NCBI GenBank assembly: GCA_965215515.1 | Contig: OZ244057.1 | Coordinates: 1,664,001 to 1,728,000 of the forward strand | Source: Oligoflexales bacterium | GTDB lineage: Bacteria; Bdellovibrionota_B; Oligoflexia; Oligoflexales; JAPPIL01 | Direction: 5' to 3' | Length of the DNA stretch: 64,000 nucleotides | Shown: positions 28,469 to 38,402 of the stretch, in pieces | Position numbering within the stretch: the stretch's first letter is position 1 | Layout of the letters: the number at the start of each line of letters is the position of its first letter | The notes under the pieces: generated by a model | What the model saw: only the letters and a program-made list of their open reading frames with translations | What the model was told of the DNA's origin: nothing | The model's database searches: none | Translations under genes and position numbers: made by a program

Positions 28469-29832
28469 GCCTCTGCCCTGATAATAAAGGCACTAAAACC
28501 ATCCATAGCATCATGATTACCAGGATATATCTGCAAGATATTGCGACGCGTAACATAACGCTTGTAATAATCAGGCAACCGACTGACAGGCGAAACCAAC
28601 GTCATGCGCTCCCCTAACTCTGCCCGCACATAATCAAGCACCGCATTTGACTCCTCCGCCTCAAACGAACATACGCTGTAAACCAACTCGCCGCCCTTCC
28701 GCAACCAGGCGAAAGCCCTGACAATCAACTCACGTTGCAACTGCGCCAGTCGCTTGATCAGTGCCTCCTCCTTATGCCACTTGCCCTCTGGATGTCGCCG
28801 CAACACCCCTAAACCCGAACAAGGAGCATCGAGCAATATTTTGTGTGCCCGCGTCTTACTCGACCACTTGCTGATATCCTCGCACAAAAATACCACCCCT
28901 TCATGCCCCAAACGCCGCAACGCCTCCTCCGCCTGCTGCAAGCGCACCGCACTCTTGTCGATAGCCGTAATACACGCCGCACCATCCGACAACTCACAAA
29001 GATGCGAAAGCTTGCCACCAACTCCACTACACAAATCGAACACCGTCTCACCCGCACGCGGATTGACCAAAAACGATACCAGCTGCGCCGCCTCATCCTG
29101 AACGGTATAAAACCCCGCCGCAAACAACGAACCGTCCGCCAACTGCGGAAAACTACGCAACTTCAAGCTACAACGCAACGGACGACGCTCGGCATGCAAA
29201 CGCTCCTCCCGCAACAAACGACTCTGCAGGCGATGCGCAGGCAAACCACGCCGCGTATTGACCCGCACAAACACAGGCGGCACACGATTGTTGGCAGAAG
29301 CAATCTCCTCCGTGCGCTCATAACTAAACTGCGTCAACCAACGCTCAATCATCCAACGCGGATGCGCATACTGCAACGACAAGTACGCCGCAGGCTCCCT
29401 GACCTTGTCAGGCTTAGCAAAATACTCCGCCCGTCGCGCAATCTGACGCAAAATGCCGTTGACAAACGAACAGGCATTAGCCTGCCCCTTTTTTCTAATA
29501 TACTCCACACTCTCGTTGACCGCAGCCCTGTCAGGCACACGATCCATGTAATAAATCTGATAAGTGCCGAGAATAAGCGCCGACCTCACCTGCGGCGTAA
29601 CCCTCGCCAGATCACGATTGGCGGTATTTTGTAAAATCCAAAACATCTTTGCGTGCCAGCGCAAACTACCATACAGCAACTCCTTAACGAAGTTTTTATC
29701 TATCCTCTTGATATTTTTGGCATGCTTCTCATAGAGGTAAGCCACCGCAGCCTCTGGTTTGCGGCGGTGATCCATCACTTCGACGAAAGCATCTAGTGCT
29801 ACCTCACGCACTAGTGATAACCTCGCAGTCAA
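28465..29832 (-). CDS. rsmB: 16S rRNA m5C967 methyltransferase (NusB-like N-terminus)
   Basis: AAVNESVE, FVNGILR, VQDEAAQ, DLCSGVGGK, ILLDAPCSGLGVLRRHPE, VYSVCS. Confidence 0.93.
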   Translation of the reverse strand: MTARLSLVREVALDAFVEVMDHRRKPEAAVAYLYEKHAKNIKRIDKNFVKELLYGSLRWHAKMFWILQNTANRDLARVTPQVRSALILGTYQIYYMDRVPDRAAVNESVEYIRKKGQANACSFVNGILRQIARRAEYFAKPDKVREPAAYLSLQYAHPRWMIERWLTQFSYERTEEIASANNRVPPVFVRVNTRRGLPAHRLQSRLLREERLHAERRPLRCSLKLRSFPQLADGSLFAAGFYTVQDEAAQLVSFLVNPRAGETVFDLCSGVGGKLSHLCELSDGAACITAIDKSAVRLQQAEEALRRLGHEGVVFLCEDISKWSSKTRAHKILLDAPCSGLGVLRRHPEGKWHKEEALIKRLAQLQRELIVRAFAWLRKGGELVYSVCSFEAEESNAVLDYVRAELGERMTLVSPVSRLPDYYKRYVTRRNILQIYPGNHDAMDGFSAFIIRAEA

Positions 29833-29938
29833 AATTTTCAGCTCACGCAGTTATTGTTGAGGCACAACACGACCGTGTGTCCGTCGGACAACAGCCCCTT
29901 CTATCGTCTCACATTCAGCGGGGGATTTCACGAAACAA

Positions 29939-30277
29939 TCATGAGACGGTCTGGTCTTCTCGCCAACGTGCGCCTTGCTCAGGGGTGGTGTAGGACGCAG
30001 GCTCGCTACTTTTTGCTGTTATTTCAAGTAATTGTTTGCGTAATTGCTTCACATCGAGGGCTTTGCGTAACCACTCGTAGCCAAAAAAAACGGCGGTAAA
30101 ACAAATGCCAACCACGAAGGCAAGAAATAAGGCGAGCGAAACATTCATGCTGACTGCCTGATCAGTAACTGGCACTCTCACCAGCAAATCATGATTGTTG
30201 TTGATGGCGAAATAAACCCCCGCCCCCAACAACAACACCGCCACCAGTAACTTCAACAACCTGAGGAAAAACCCCAC
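29939..30277 (-). CDS. LapA/DUF1049-like small membrane protein
   Basis: Two TMs, FAINN motif, basic coiled tail; downstream of rpsA. Confidence 0.6.
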   Translation of the reverse strand: MGFFLRLLKLLVAVLLLGAGVYFAINNNHDLLVRVPVTDQAVSMNVSLALFLAFVVGICFTAVFFGYEWLRKALDVKQLRKQLLEITAKSSEPASYTTPEQGARWREDQTVS

Positions 30278-30280
30278 GTC

Positions 30281-32299
30281 TCAGTCCTCCACCTGCGGTG
30301 AGGCGATCTTCGTCTCACCTACCTGCTTGTCCACATCTTCGCTCGCCTCCGCCTGCCTCGTCTCACCCTCGGAAGCAGGCTGCCCAGCCTGCCCCTCGTC
30401 AACACCTTCTGTTGTTGCTGACAGCCCTGTATCAACGGTCTGCTCCGTCTTGTCCGCCTCTCCTGCCTCGACACTGACAGGAGAAACCTCGCTATCACCC
30501 ACCTCTTGTTCACGACGGATCTTTTTCTTTCTGCGTCCCCCTCTGCTATCACGTATCTTGGAGAAGGCATCCGCCATGCGGGTTTTAGGTTTGGCAGTAT
30601 CGATATACTCCTGCAACTGTTCGCCGTGTAGGTTGCGTAAGCGAGCCCTACGAGACAAAGAAAAGCGGCGCTCCTCGGAATCGACCGCCAGCACCACGAA
30701 ATCAAGCAGGTCGCCCTTGCGGCAAACATCGTGCGGTTTCTCGAACTCGGTGTCGGACAACTCGCTCTGATGAATAAGACCCTCGACACCATTGCCTAGC
30801 TGCACGAACACGCCAAAATCAGTGACCTTCTCAACCTGACCGCTGGCAGTCGCACCGACAGGGTACTGCTCCGCAACGGTGTTGAAAGGATCTTCCGTAA
30901 GCTGCTTCACCCCTAGCGAGAATTTGCCCTCATCGACATCAATCTGCAACACCTTCGCCTTGATAGGATCACCCTTGCGATAAAGATCACCAGGGTGCTT
31001 AACACGCTCAGACCAACTGATATCAGAGATGTGCACCAGACCATCGATAGGCTCACCTACACCGACAAAAATGCCAAAATCAGTGATGTTGCGCACCTCG
31101 CCCTCCACCGTATCGCCCACCTGATACTTGGTACGAATAGTCTCCCACGGATTGGGTTCGGTCTGTTTCATGCCGAGACTGATACGGCGAGCATCAGGAT
31201 CGACCGCTAACACCACCACATCGACACCATCACCGATCTGCACACACTTGGAAGGATGCTTGACACGCTTCGACCACGACATCTCGCTGACATGAATCAA
31301 TCCCTCGATACCCGCTTCCAGCTCGACGAAAGCTCCATAATCAGTCAAACTAACTACCCGCCCCTTGACACGCGAGTTTAATTCGTACTTGTCCGCCGCC
31401 GCAACCCAAGGATCAGGCAGCAGCTGCTTGTAACCCAGCGACACCCGCTGCTTGTTAGGATCGTAACTCAATACCTGTACCCGCGCCTCCTCACCGACCT
31501 CAAACAACTGTGAGGGGTGATTGATCCGCCCCCACGACATGTCGGTGATGTGCAGTAACCCGTCGATACCACCCAAATCGATGAATACCCCATAGTCGGT
31601 GATATTCTTGACGATGCCAGTCAACACCGCCCCTGACTTGAGATTCTGCATGATCTCCTCGCGCATCTTCTCGCGATCCTGCTCCAACAAGACACGGCGA
31701 CTGAGCACGATATTGTTGCGCTTTTTGTTAAATTTAATGATGCGAAACTGGTACTTATTGCCCATCATGTGGTCAAAAGTCTTGACGGGACGCAAGTCAA
31801 CCTGCGAACCAGGCAGAAACGCCTTCACCCCCACATCGACTGAAAGACCACCCTTAACTCTGGAGATGACCACCCCCTCGATGATCTCATCATCCTCGTA
31901 AGCTTTAGAAATGCGATCCCACGCACGCATAACCTCAGCCCGCTCGCGGCTGAGCACCATCTCACCGCTGTTGTCCTCGAAAGTATCGAGATAAACCTCT
32001 ACCGTGTCCCCCACCTTGACGGACACCCCCCCTTGCGCATCCCTAAACTCATGCGCAGGAATCTCTCCATCACACTTATGCCCAATATCCACCACGACCA
32101 CGTCATCGGCAATGCTGACCACACCGCCCTGCACAATCGTACCCTCCCTGATGCGTAACCCGCTGCCCTCCTCAGCTGCCAGCATCTGGGCGAAAGCGCT
32201 GCTACCCTGCTCCTGCTGCCGCGCCTTGTCAGCTTCGCCGCCGTCCTCGTCCTCCCAGTGAATACCTTCTGCAGCTACCCCCACCTCCGCACTCCGCAT
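30281..32299 (-). CDS. rpsA: 30S ribosomal protein S1 with a long acidic C-terminal tail
   Basis: Six S1 repeats (AFLPGSQVD, VKNITDYGVFIDLGGIDGLLHITDMSW, GLIHVSEMSW); likely start ATG 32299. Confidence 0.95.
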   Translation of the reverse strand: MRSAEVGVAAEGIHWEDEDGGEADKARQQEQGSSAFAQMLAAEEGSGLRIREGTIVQGGVVSIADDVVVVDIGHKCDGEIPAHEFRDAQGGVSVKVGDTVEVYLDTFEDNSGEMVLSRERAEVMRAWDRISKAYEDDEIIEGVVISRVKGGLSVDVGVKAFLPGSQVDLRPVKTFDHMMGNKYQFRIIKFNKKRNNIVLSRRVLLEQDREKMREEIMQNLKSGAVLTGIVKNITDYGVFIDLGGIDGLLHITDMSWGRINHPSQLFEVGEEARVQVLSYDPNKQRVSLGYKQLLPDPWVAAADKYELNSRVKGRVVSLTDYGAFVELEAGIEGLIHVSEMSWSKRVKHPSKCVQIGDGVDVVVLAVDPDARRISLGMKQTEPNPWETIRTKYQVGDTVEGEVRNITDFGIFVGVGEPIDGLVHISDISWSERVKHPGDLYRKGDPIKAKVLQIDVDEGKFSLGVKQLTEDPFNTVAEQYPVGATASGQVEKVTDFGVFVQLGNGVEGLIHQSELSDTEFEKPHDVCRKGDLLDFVVLAVDSEERRFSLSRRARLRNLHGEQLQEYIDTAKPKTRMADAFSKIRDSRGGRRKKKIRREQEVGDSEVSPVSVEAGEADKTEQTVDTGLSATTEGVDEGQAGQPASEGETRQAEASEDVDKQVGETKIASPQVED

Positions 32300-32457
32300 T
32301 ACAAAGACCACCCCGACCGTAAAAATAATAAAGAGACACCCACACCCGACAGGAGCACCACCTGTAGCACACGTCGCCACCACCTGTCTAGAGTAATGTT
32401 ACCATTTCGACACGAGGTGAACGTGCAGTGTTTCTGCAACGCCTAACTCCGCGCCCG

Positions 32458-33693
32458 CTACCTGGCGTTGCTCAACGGCAGCGACCCCAGCGACTCCCCC
32501 ACTAACTCGGCAATCGCCAGACTCTGGTGGCAATTCAAGCGCGGATCGCAAGCAGTGCGATAAGCACGAGTGAGATCCGCCGCAGACATGTCGTCGTCCA
32601 AGCATTCGGTAACCGCCGCGTCGCTCAACTCAAGATGCACCCCGCCTAACCTACTGCCGTGCTCGCGGTGTAACGCAAAACTGTGCCGTATTTCCGCCGC
32701 AATATGCTGGCAGTGACGCGTCTTCACCCCCTGTGCAGTATGAAAAGTATTGCCGTGCATAGGATCTACCGTCCAGATAACTCTACACGCGGCACGTTGC
32801 AGCGCCGCGATAAAACGAGGCAACAGTGTTTGCACCTGCGCACAGCCAAAACGAGCGATGAGTACAATGCGATCACCCGTGTTAGCAGGGTCAAGCAGAC
32901 GCACAATCTCCACAATCTCCTGCGGCTCGGCACTAGCACCGACCTTAATGCCGATGGCATTGCTGATGCCGCGCAGATACTCGACGTGCGCATGCCCGAG
33001 ACGAGCAGTACGATTACCCACCCACAACAGATGAGCACCGTGATTGTACCAGCGTGTACCGTGCGCCGCAGTCAGAGCCTGCTCATACGCGAGCAACAGC
33101 CCCTCGTGAGAAGTAAACACGTCCTCCGCCGCGGACGACCGTAACGCACGCATATGTCGAAGCGTCGTCGCCGCACAACGATAACCACGGCTAAGACGCT
33201 GCGGATCTGGCTCACGCTGGACTGGGTCGGGGGTAAAGGAATTGACATTATCACCCCGAAACGTGTGCACACGTTGCCCCGCAACGGTTTCAAAAGCATG
33301 CGTGCGTGGTTTGGCATACTGCCCCGCCATCCGTGCAATATGCAACACCCGCACGGCGCGGGAGGAACGGATACGGTGCGCCATCCGCTGCATGAGCTGT
33401 AGACGCGCCGCGACCCGCGGCCGCGTGCTGTCGGCAAAACGTTCCGCACAATCACCGCCCTGCAGAATAAACGCCCGCCCCGCAAACACTTGCCGCAATT
33501 CCTCTCGCAAACGCATAACTTCCGCAAAAGACAGCAACGCGGGGGAATGCTGCAGCTCCCGCAAAACCGCGGCAAGCTGCCCCCTATCCCTATACGGAGG
33601 TTGTTGTTCAGCTCGATACCGTCGCCACGAATCGCGGCGCCAAACCGCGGTACTGTCGTTGTCGGCGGCGTGCCGACAGGGTAACGTTAACAT
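32458..33693 (-). CDS. Class II DAHP synthase, short form
   Basis: QQPPY, LQGGDCAE.F, RMAGQYAKPR, TSHEGLLLAYE, DPMHGNT, GGVHLE, CDPRLN. Confidence 0.92.
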   Translation of the reverse strand: MLTLPCRHAADNDSTAVWRRDSWRRYRAEQQPPYRDRGQLAAVLRELQHSPALLSFAEVMRLREELRQVFAGRAFILQGGDCAERFADSTRPRVAARLQLMQRMAHRIRSSRAVRVLHIARMAGQYAKPRTHAFETVAGQRVHTFRGDNVNSFTPDPVQREPDPQRLSRGYRCAATTLRHMRALRSSAAEDVFTSHEGLLLAYEQALTAAHGTRWYNHGAHLLWVGNRTARLGHAHVEYLRGISNAIGIKVGASAEPQEIVEIVRLLDPANTGDRIVLIARFGCAQVQTLLPRFIAALQRAACRVIWTVDPMHGNTFHTAQGVKTRHCQHIAAEIRHSFALHREHGSRLGGVHLELSDAAVTECLDDDMSAADLTRAYRTACDPRLNCHQSLAIAELVGESLGSLPLSNAR

Positions 33694-33760
33694 TCGTTAC
33701 TGTCTCCTCGCTGCACACTGTGCTATCATTTTTAACGAGGGTTGAGAAGTAGTTGCCACT

Positions 33761-34540
33761 ATGACGAACACCGTGCTCTTCCACTACACCTGCCACGTAA
33801 GTCTGTTCCTGTTCGCCCTAGCCGCAGTGCTAGAACTAGCGGTCTGGCAGACCACCGTGCGCCGAGAGCTATGCCAGCGGTTCGCCCTGTACGCCTTTGG
33901 AGGAGGAACGGCGGCCATCAGTGCCGCCACGTTGTTACACACACCGCACAGTGCCCTGTTGTTGACCGCCGCAGTCGCCTGGATAGGGGTTGGTGCGGCT
34001 TTCTGGCTGCACGCAAGAGCGATCATCGCTTTCCTCGCACCGCTAGCAACCCTCATCCTGCTGTTGCAACTGCTACTCAATACAGGAGGATTGGCCACAG
34101 CAACGACGCATAGCGCGATGCTCAACCTGCACATCTGGCTCGCTATCTGTGGGGAAGCGTTCGCCATCGGAGGATGTGCACTGGCAATGCTATACCTGTG
34201 GCAACGCCATATCCTGAAGAAAAAACTACTCAGATGGATCGGTATCGAGATGCCCGCCCTCGATCACCTCGGGCGTTTGCTGCTCCTCTGTCTGTGGACG
34301 GGGTTTGTCTTTCTCACCGTTGCTCTTTTGACAGGTACGGTGTACAGTCAGCTGCATCCTCACGCCCTGACCGAAAGCATGGAGTTGAAGGTAACCTGGG
34401 CACTGGCGGTGTGGGGTTGGTATCTCGCTATTCTCATCGTCAACAAAGTACTCGCCCACTCGCTACGGCGGGTAGCACGGATGAGTTTAGGTGGATTTGT
34501 ACTGCTAGCACTGGCGTTTTTCGGCCTGCTCAGGCAGTAA
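33761..34540 (+). CDS. CcsA/HemX-like (cytochrome c assembly family) membrane protein
   Basis: About 8 TMs, LHI.LA, LYLWQ...LKKK, PALD.L, K.TW; upstream of hemA. Confidence 0.75.
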   Translation: MTNTVLFHYTCHVSLFLFALAAVLELAVWQTTVRRELCQRFALYAFGGGTAAISAATLLHTPHSALLLTAAVAWIGVGAAFWLHARAIIAFLAPLATLILLLQLLLNTGGLATATTHSAMLNLHIWLAICGEAFAIGGCALAMLYLWQRHILKKKLLRWIGIEMPALDHLGRLLLLCLWTGFVFLTVALLTGTVYSQLHPHALTESMELKVTWALAVWGWYLAILIVNKVLAHSLRRVARMSLGGFVLLALAFFGLLRQ

Positions 34541-34546
34541 AGGACG

Positions 34547-35833
34547 GTGATGGCACGGCAAGACAGCGAAATCTTTTGCGTCGGAGTAAGCCACAAAACA
34601 GCAAGTCTGGAGTTGCGCGAACAACTGCACCTAGCCGATACCAATATCACCGAGCTTATCGCCACAGTCAGGGACACTTTCGCCCTGCGTGAATTAGTTA
34701 TCCTCTCGACCTGCAACCGCTGTGAACTGTACGGCGTAGGCACGTGCGACTACACCGCACTCTTCGCCGCCGTGCACGACAAACTCACGCCGCAAGTTGC
34801 GACGTGGAGCGACAACCTCTACATCTTGCGGCAGCAGCAAGCAGTAGCACACATCTTGGCGGTGGTGGCAGGTATCGACTCGTTGATTCTCGGCGAAACG
34901 CAAATCACAGGGCAGTTCAAGCGTGCCTTCGCATTGGCGAGCGAAGCACAGACCTGCGGTGCGGTGATGCAGCAGATTCTGCAAACTTCCCTCGCTACCG
35001 CTAAAAAGATCCGTACGCAAACTGCCATCGGAAAACGCACCGTGTCGATAAGTCATGCCGCAATTATGCTCGCCCAAAAAATTTTTACCGATATCGCCGC
35101 GGCGCACGTCCTGATCATGGGAGCGGGAGAGATGGCAAGCATCGCCGCCCGCCATGCCATCAAACAGGGAGTCTCGTCGTTGGTAATCGCCAACCGTACC
35201 CGCGCCCGCGCCGTCGAGCTGTGTGCACAGTTGCACCCCCAGGCGGTGGCTAGCGATTTGACCACCCTGCCCACACATTTGGCCTGGGCGGATATCGTCA
35301 TTACCGCCACGAACAGCGGTGAGTTCATCATCTCGCCTGCACATATCGAGCAGGCACAGCACCAGCGACGCGGCAAAGCGATGACTTTGATCGATATTTC
35401 CCTGCCACGCAACATCGACCCACGCAGTCAGGCGATGGAAAACGTGTACCTGTTTGATCTCGACGATCTCCGCCAGATCACCGACCAAAACATGCAGGCA
35501 CGTCGCCGTGCCGCGGCACAGGCGGAGGAACACGTAGCACGCGGTGTCGCCGCCCTACACAAAACTTTCATCGCGCGGGAGGTAGGCATGGCAGTGGCTG
35601 GATTCAAAGATTTTTTGCGCCATGTCGCACAAACCCAGACCGACCAGACGTTAGCGAAGTCGCTTTATGGCACACTGACAACACAGCAAAAAGACGGTAT
35701 TCAGCAGTTGACTGACATTATCGTCAACAAAATCGTCGGGCAGGTTAGTTTGCGTTTGAAGGATGCCTCGCAGCGAGAAGAGCATGTGCTCACCGCCTTC
35801 CGCGCTCTCTATCGACCGCGCGATAACCTCTGA
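34547..35833 (+). CDS. hemA: Glutamyl-tRNA reductase
   Basis: GVSHKTA, LSTCNRCE, GIDSLILGETQI.GQ, GAGEMA, DISLPRNID. Confidence 0.95.
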   Translation: MMARQDSEIFCVGVSHKTASLELREQLHLADTNITELIATVRDTFALRELVILSTCNRCELYGVGTCDYTALFAAVHDKLTPQVATWSDNLYILRQQQAVAHILAVVAGIDSLILGETQITGQFKRAFALASEAQTCGAVMQQILQTSLATAKKIRTQTAIGKRTVSISHAAIMLAQKIFTDIAAAHVLIMGAGEMASIAARHAIKQGVSSLVIANRTRARAVELCAQLHPQAVASDLTTLPTHLAWADIVITATNSGEFIISPAHIEQAQHQRRGKAMTLIDISLPRNIDPRSQAMENVYLFDLDDLRQITDQNMQARRRAAAQAEEHVARGVAALHKTFIAREVGMAVAGFKDFLRHVAQTQTDQTLAKSLYGTLTTQQKDGIQQLTDIIVNKIVGQVSLRLKDASQREEHVLTAFRALYRPRDNL

Positions 35834-36792
35834 TGCCCTTGCTAACCGTTGCCACTCGCGGTAGCAAACTCGCCCTGTGGCAAGCGCAACACGTGTTAAA
35901 CCTGCTGCCGCGAGTCGGTCTGCGGGGAAAATTGCAGATAATTACCACCCGCGGCGACCACCTCAAAGACACACCCCTGTACGACTTCGGCGGCAAGGGC
36001 CTATTCGCCCAAGAAATAGAGTCCGCCCTTCAACACCAGCAGGTCGATATCGCCGTGCACAGCATGAAGGACATGCCTGTGCAGACGACGCACTCGCAAC
36101 TAACCTTCGTCTGCATGCTCGCCCGTGCCAGTGCCTGCGATGTGTTAATCGCGGCACCGCAACACCGTGCTCTGCTAGGCGAGGTACACGGGGAAAAACC
36201 ACTGGTCGCAGCTGATTTGCGGCGTTGGTGTGGCCTAACGATTGCCACGGGCAGTTTGCGACGGCGTTATTTGTTGGAGCAAGCGGAGGCAGAGCTTACG
36301 GTGCAAGCATTACGTGGCAACGTGACGACACGTCTCCAGTATTTACACGCAGGACGATACGACGCTCTGATACTGGCACAAGCCGCGGTGCAGAGACTAG
36401 ACTGGCAGGACTTGCCACATCGAGTACTCGATCCGACTTGGTACGTGCCGAGTTGCGCACAGGGAGTGATCGGGGTGCAGAGTCGGGTCGATTGTAAGTA
36501 TAACGAGGCCTTGCGGCAGCTAGAATGCATACCGACACGACAAGCTGTGCTGCTGGAGCGAGCGGTCACCAAAGCCTTGGGCGGTAGCTGTGCCCTGCCC
36601 TTCGGCTGCTACGTGCGTTCTGACCGTGCTACGTACGTAGTCGATGCCGTCGTTCTCTCGCCGCGCGGTAAGCAGGCACGTGCTGCTTGCCGCATAGCAC
36701 AGGACACTGCCCCCGTAGAAGTAGTGGCGGAGGTGGTGCAGAGATTGCGTGACGATGGTTTAGAGACCGTGCTGCATGAACTGGCTTTGTGA
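35833..36792 (+). CDS. hemC: Hydroxymethylbilane synthase
   Basis: ATRGSKLALWQA, GGKGLF, AVHSMKDMP, TGSLRR, LRGNV.TRL. Confidence 0.95.
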   Translation: MPLLTVATRGSKLALWQAQHVLNLLPRVGLRGKLQIITTRGDHLKDTPLYDFGGKGLFAQEIESALQHQQVDIAVHSMKDMPVQTTHSQLTFVCMLARASACDVLIAAPQHRALLGEVHGEKPLVAADLRRWCGLTIATGSLRRRYLLEQAEAELTVQALRGNVTTRLQYLHAGRYDALILAQAAVQRLDWQDLPHRVLDPTWYVPSCAQGVIGVQSRVDCKYNEALRQLECIPTRQAVLLERAVTKALGGSCALPFGCYVRSDRATYVVDAVVLSPRGKQARAACRIAQDTAPVEVVAEVVQRLRDDGLETVLHELAL

Positions 36793-36808
36793 AAAAAAGG
36801 CGACAAAT

Positions 36809-37753
36809 TCAATTATACGAGACCGAAGGACGCAGCAGTGTGCCTCTGACTTGCAGCGGAATGTTGCCGTCGCTAGTGCCTTTCAACATGGCATCGATTA
36901 AAAATCCAAACTGTTCTTTCAATGCACCCTTGATCTGCAAAGGGATAGAAAGATTCATCGCCGAGCTCAATAACGGAGTTTTTAAATTCAAATCACCACT
37001 GACCCGCACACTGATGTCTTGAGAAGAAAATTCTGAACCCTCCTGAATCTTTAAACTGCCATCGCTCATACTAGCCTTAACCAAGGCCTTTTCAAATATC
37101 TGATCGTCAATGGTAAAGTCGGGTGCATCCATCGCTAAGACGAGCTTGTCGATGCTAATGTTGAGATTACCATCCGATACCGTCGGGTCTTCCAAATCGA
37201 GATCAAGAGCGATCTCAGCATTGAGACTGCCCTGCACTACCATCTGCTCCAACAAAGGCACAATCAAGGGATTGGTCGAAGAATTGCCCGCATAGGAACT
37301 TAACGCATACGCGGTCAAGTCATGCAACCCATAGTTGTCAATCTTGACAGTAATCTGCTCGGGCAAAGGTGGCTTGCCACCAGTAGCATTGGCTATGAGC
37401 GAGAATAACCCAAAACCAGCCGCCACCTCCAGCGGGTTCTGCTGTGCATCCTGCACCTCAAACACACAACGCAAACGTCCGATGAAAAGATACAAAGTGC
37501 TCAGCGATACTTTGACGGCAGCAAACTTAACCTCCTTACCCGCGGGAGTTTTCAAACTGACACCCCGCGCCTTCATACCCAACAACAACGAAGGTGACAT
37601 GTCGTAAACAGAAATATTGAGACCTGTAGCCTTGTTGAGCTTCATGACAAGACTTTCCTTGAGGATGTTAAACGGAAAAGTCAGATAAACAAAAAACAAA
37701 AAACTAACCACAAATAAAACAACATAACCAACATACTGCAACGGCTTGTTCAT
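36809..37753 (-). CDS. gspN: Type II secretion protein N
   Basis: N-terminal TM ending YLTFP, C-terminal GTL..P; last gene of the gsp operon; likely start ATG 37753. Confidence 0.7.
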   Translation of the reverse strand: MNKPLQYVGYVVLFVVSFLFFVYLTFPFNILKESLVMKLNKATGLNISVYDMSPSLLLGMKARGVSLKTPAGKEVKFAAVKVSLSTLYLFIGRLRCVFEVQDAQQNPLEVAAGFGLFSLIANATGGKPPLPEQITVKIDNYGLHDLTAYALSSYAGNSSTNPLIVPLLEQMVVQGSLNAEIALDLDLEDPTVSDGNLNISIDKLVLAMDAPDFTIDDQIFEKALVKASMSDGSLKIQEGSEFSSQDISVRVSGDLNLKTPLLSSAMNLSIPLQIKGALKEQFGFLIDAMLKGTSDGNIPLQVRGTLLRPSVSYN

Positions 37754-37757
37754 CAGT

Positions 37758-38399
37758 CTACGCTCCCCTATACCAATTAATGACAGCAGAAGCGTCGAAA
37801 TACAACTTCGTGCCGTAAATGCCACGAATAGTTAAATCAGAGATGCGCAAAAATTTGCGTGCCTTCTCTACCTCTACCAAAAACTTTAACAACTTCGGTA
37901 TCGATACCCGCGGCAAACGTACCTCAATTTTGCGCTGCTCCAAAAATTTACTCATCGGATTATCAGAAGAGAAAGCATCATTCGCCTCATTCAGCCCCTC
38001 GATCTTAATCTTCAAACCTCGGGCAAATTTTTCCAGCAACGGTTTCATTTTCAACCCCTGCGTGCGCCGTGTTACGTCTTTGACAATGACATTGAACTTG
38101 TCATTGACGCGCCCGAAATCAGCCTTCTGCCCCTGTAAACTATGCAGAGCATCAAAGCTTTTGTTAAGCCGTGCCTCCAGTGCACCTATCTGTGCAATGT
38201 AAAAAAACACCGCAAAAGCTATAAAACAAACAATAGCCGCGACAATACCCGCGAGCACAAAATTTTTCTGGCGCGGCTCCATCTTATAGAAACTATCCAT
38301 GACAAAATCAAGTCGCTCATTGTTCGGCCCCAAAAAGCGATGCTTGACAAAAGTTAAACGTGCGTCAATTCTATCCATAACTGCACTGAACACTGCCAT
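37758..38399 (-). CDS. gspM: Type II secretion protein M-like
   Basis: EPRQK followed by a TM, coiled coil and ferredoxin-like EVRL..VS...LLKFL..VE; position between L and N. Confidence 0.65.
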   Translation of the reverse strand: MAVFSAVMDRIDARLTFVKHRFLGPNNERLDFVMDSFYKMEPRQKNFVLAGIVAAIVCFIAFAVFFYIAQIGALEARLNKSFDALHSLQGQKADFGRVNDKFNVIVKDVTRRTQGLKMKPLLEKFARGLKIKIEGLNEANDAFSSDNPMSKFLEQRKIEVRLPRVSIPKLLKFLVEVEKARKFLRISDLTIRGIYGTKLYFDASAVINWYRGA

Positions 38400-38402
38400 C
38401 GT

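Noticed and set aside
33761..34540. Co-existence of cytochrome c maturation System II with System I
   Set aside because: The CcsA-like ORF lacks the full WWD motif and a ResB partner, and sits in the common position upstream of hemA
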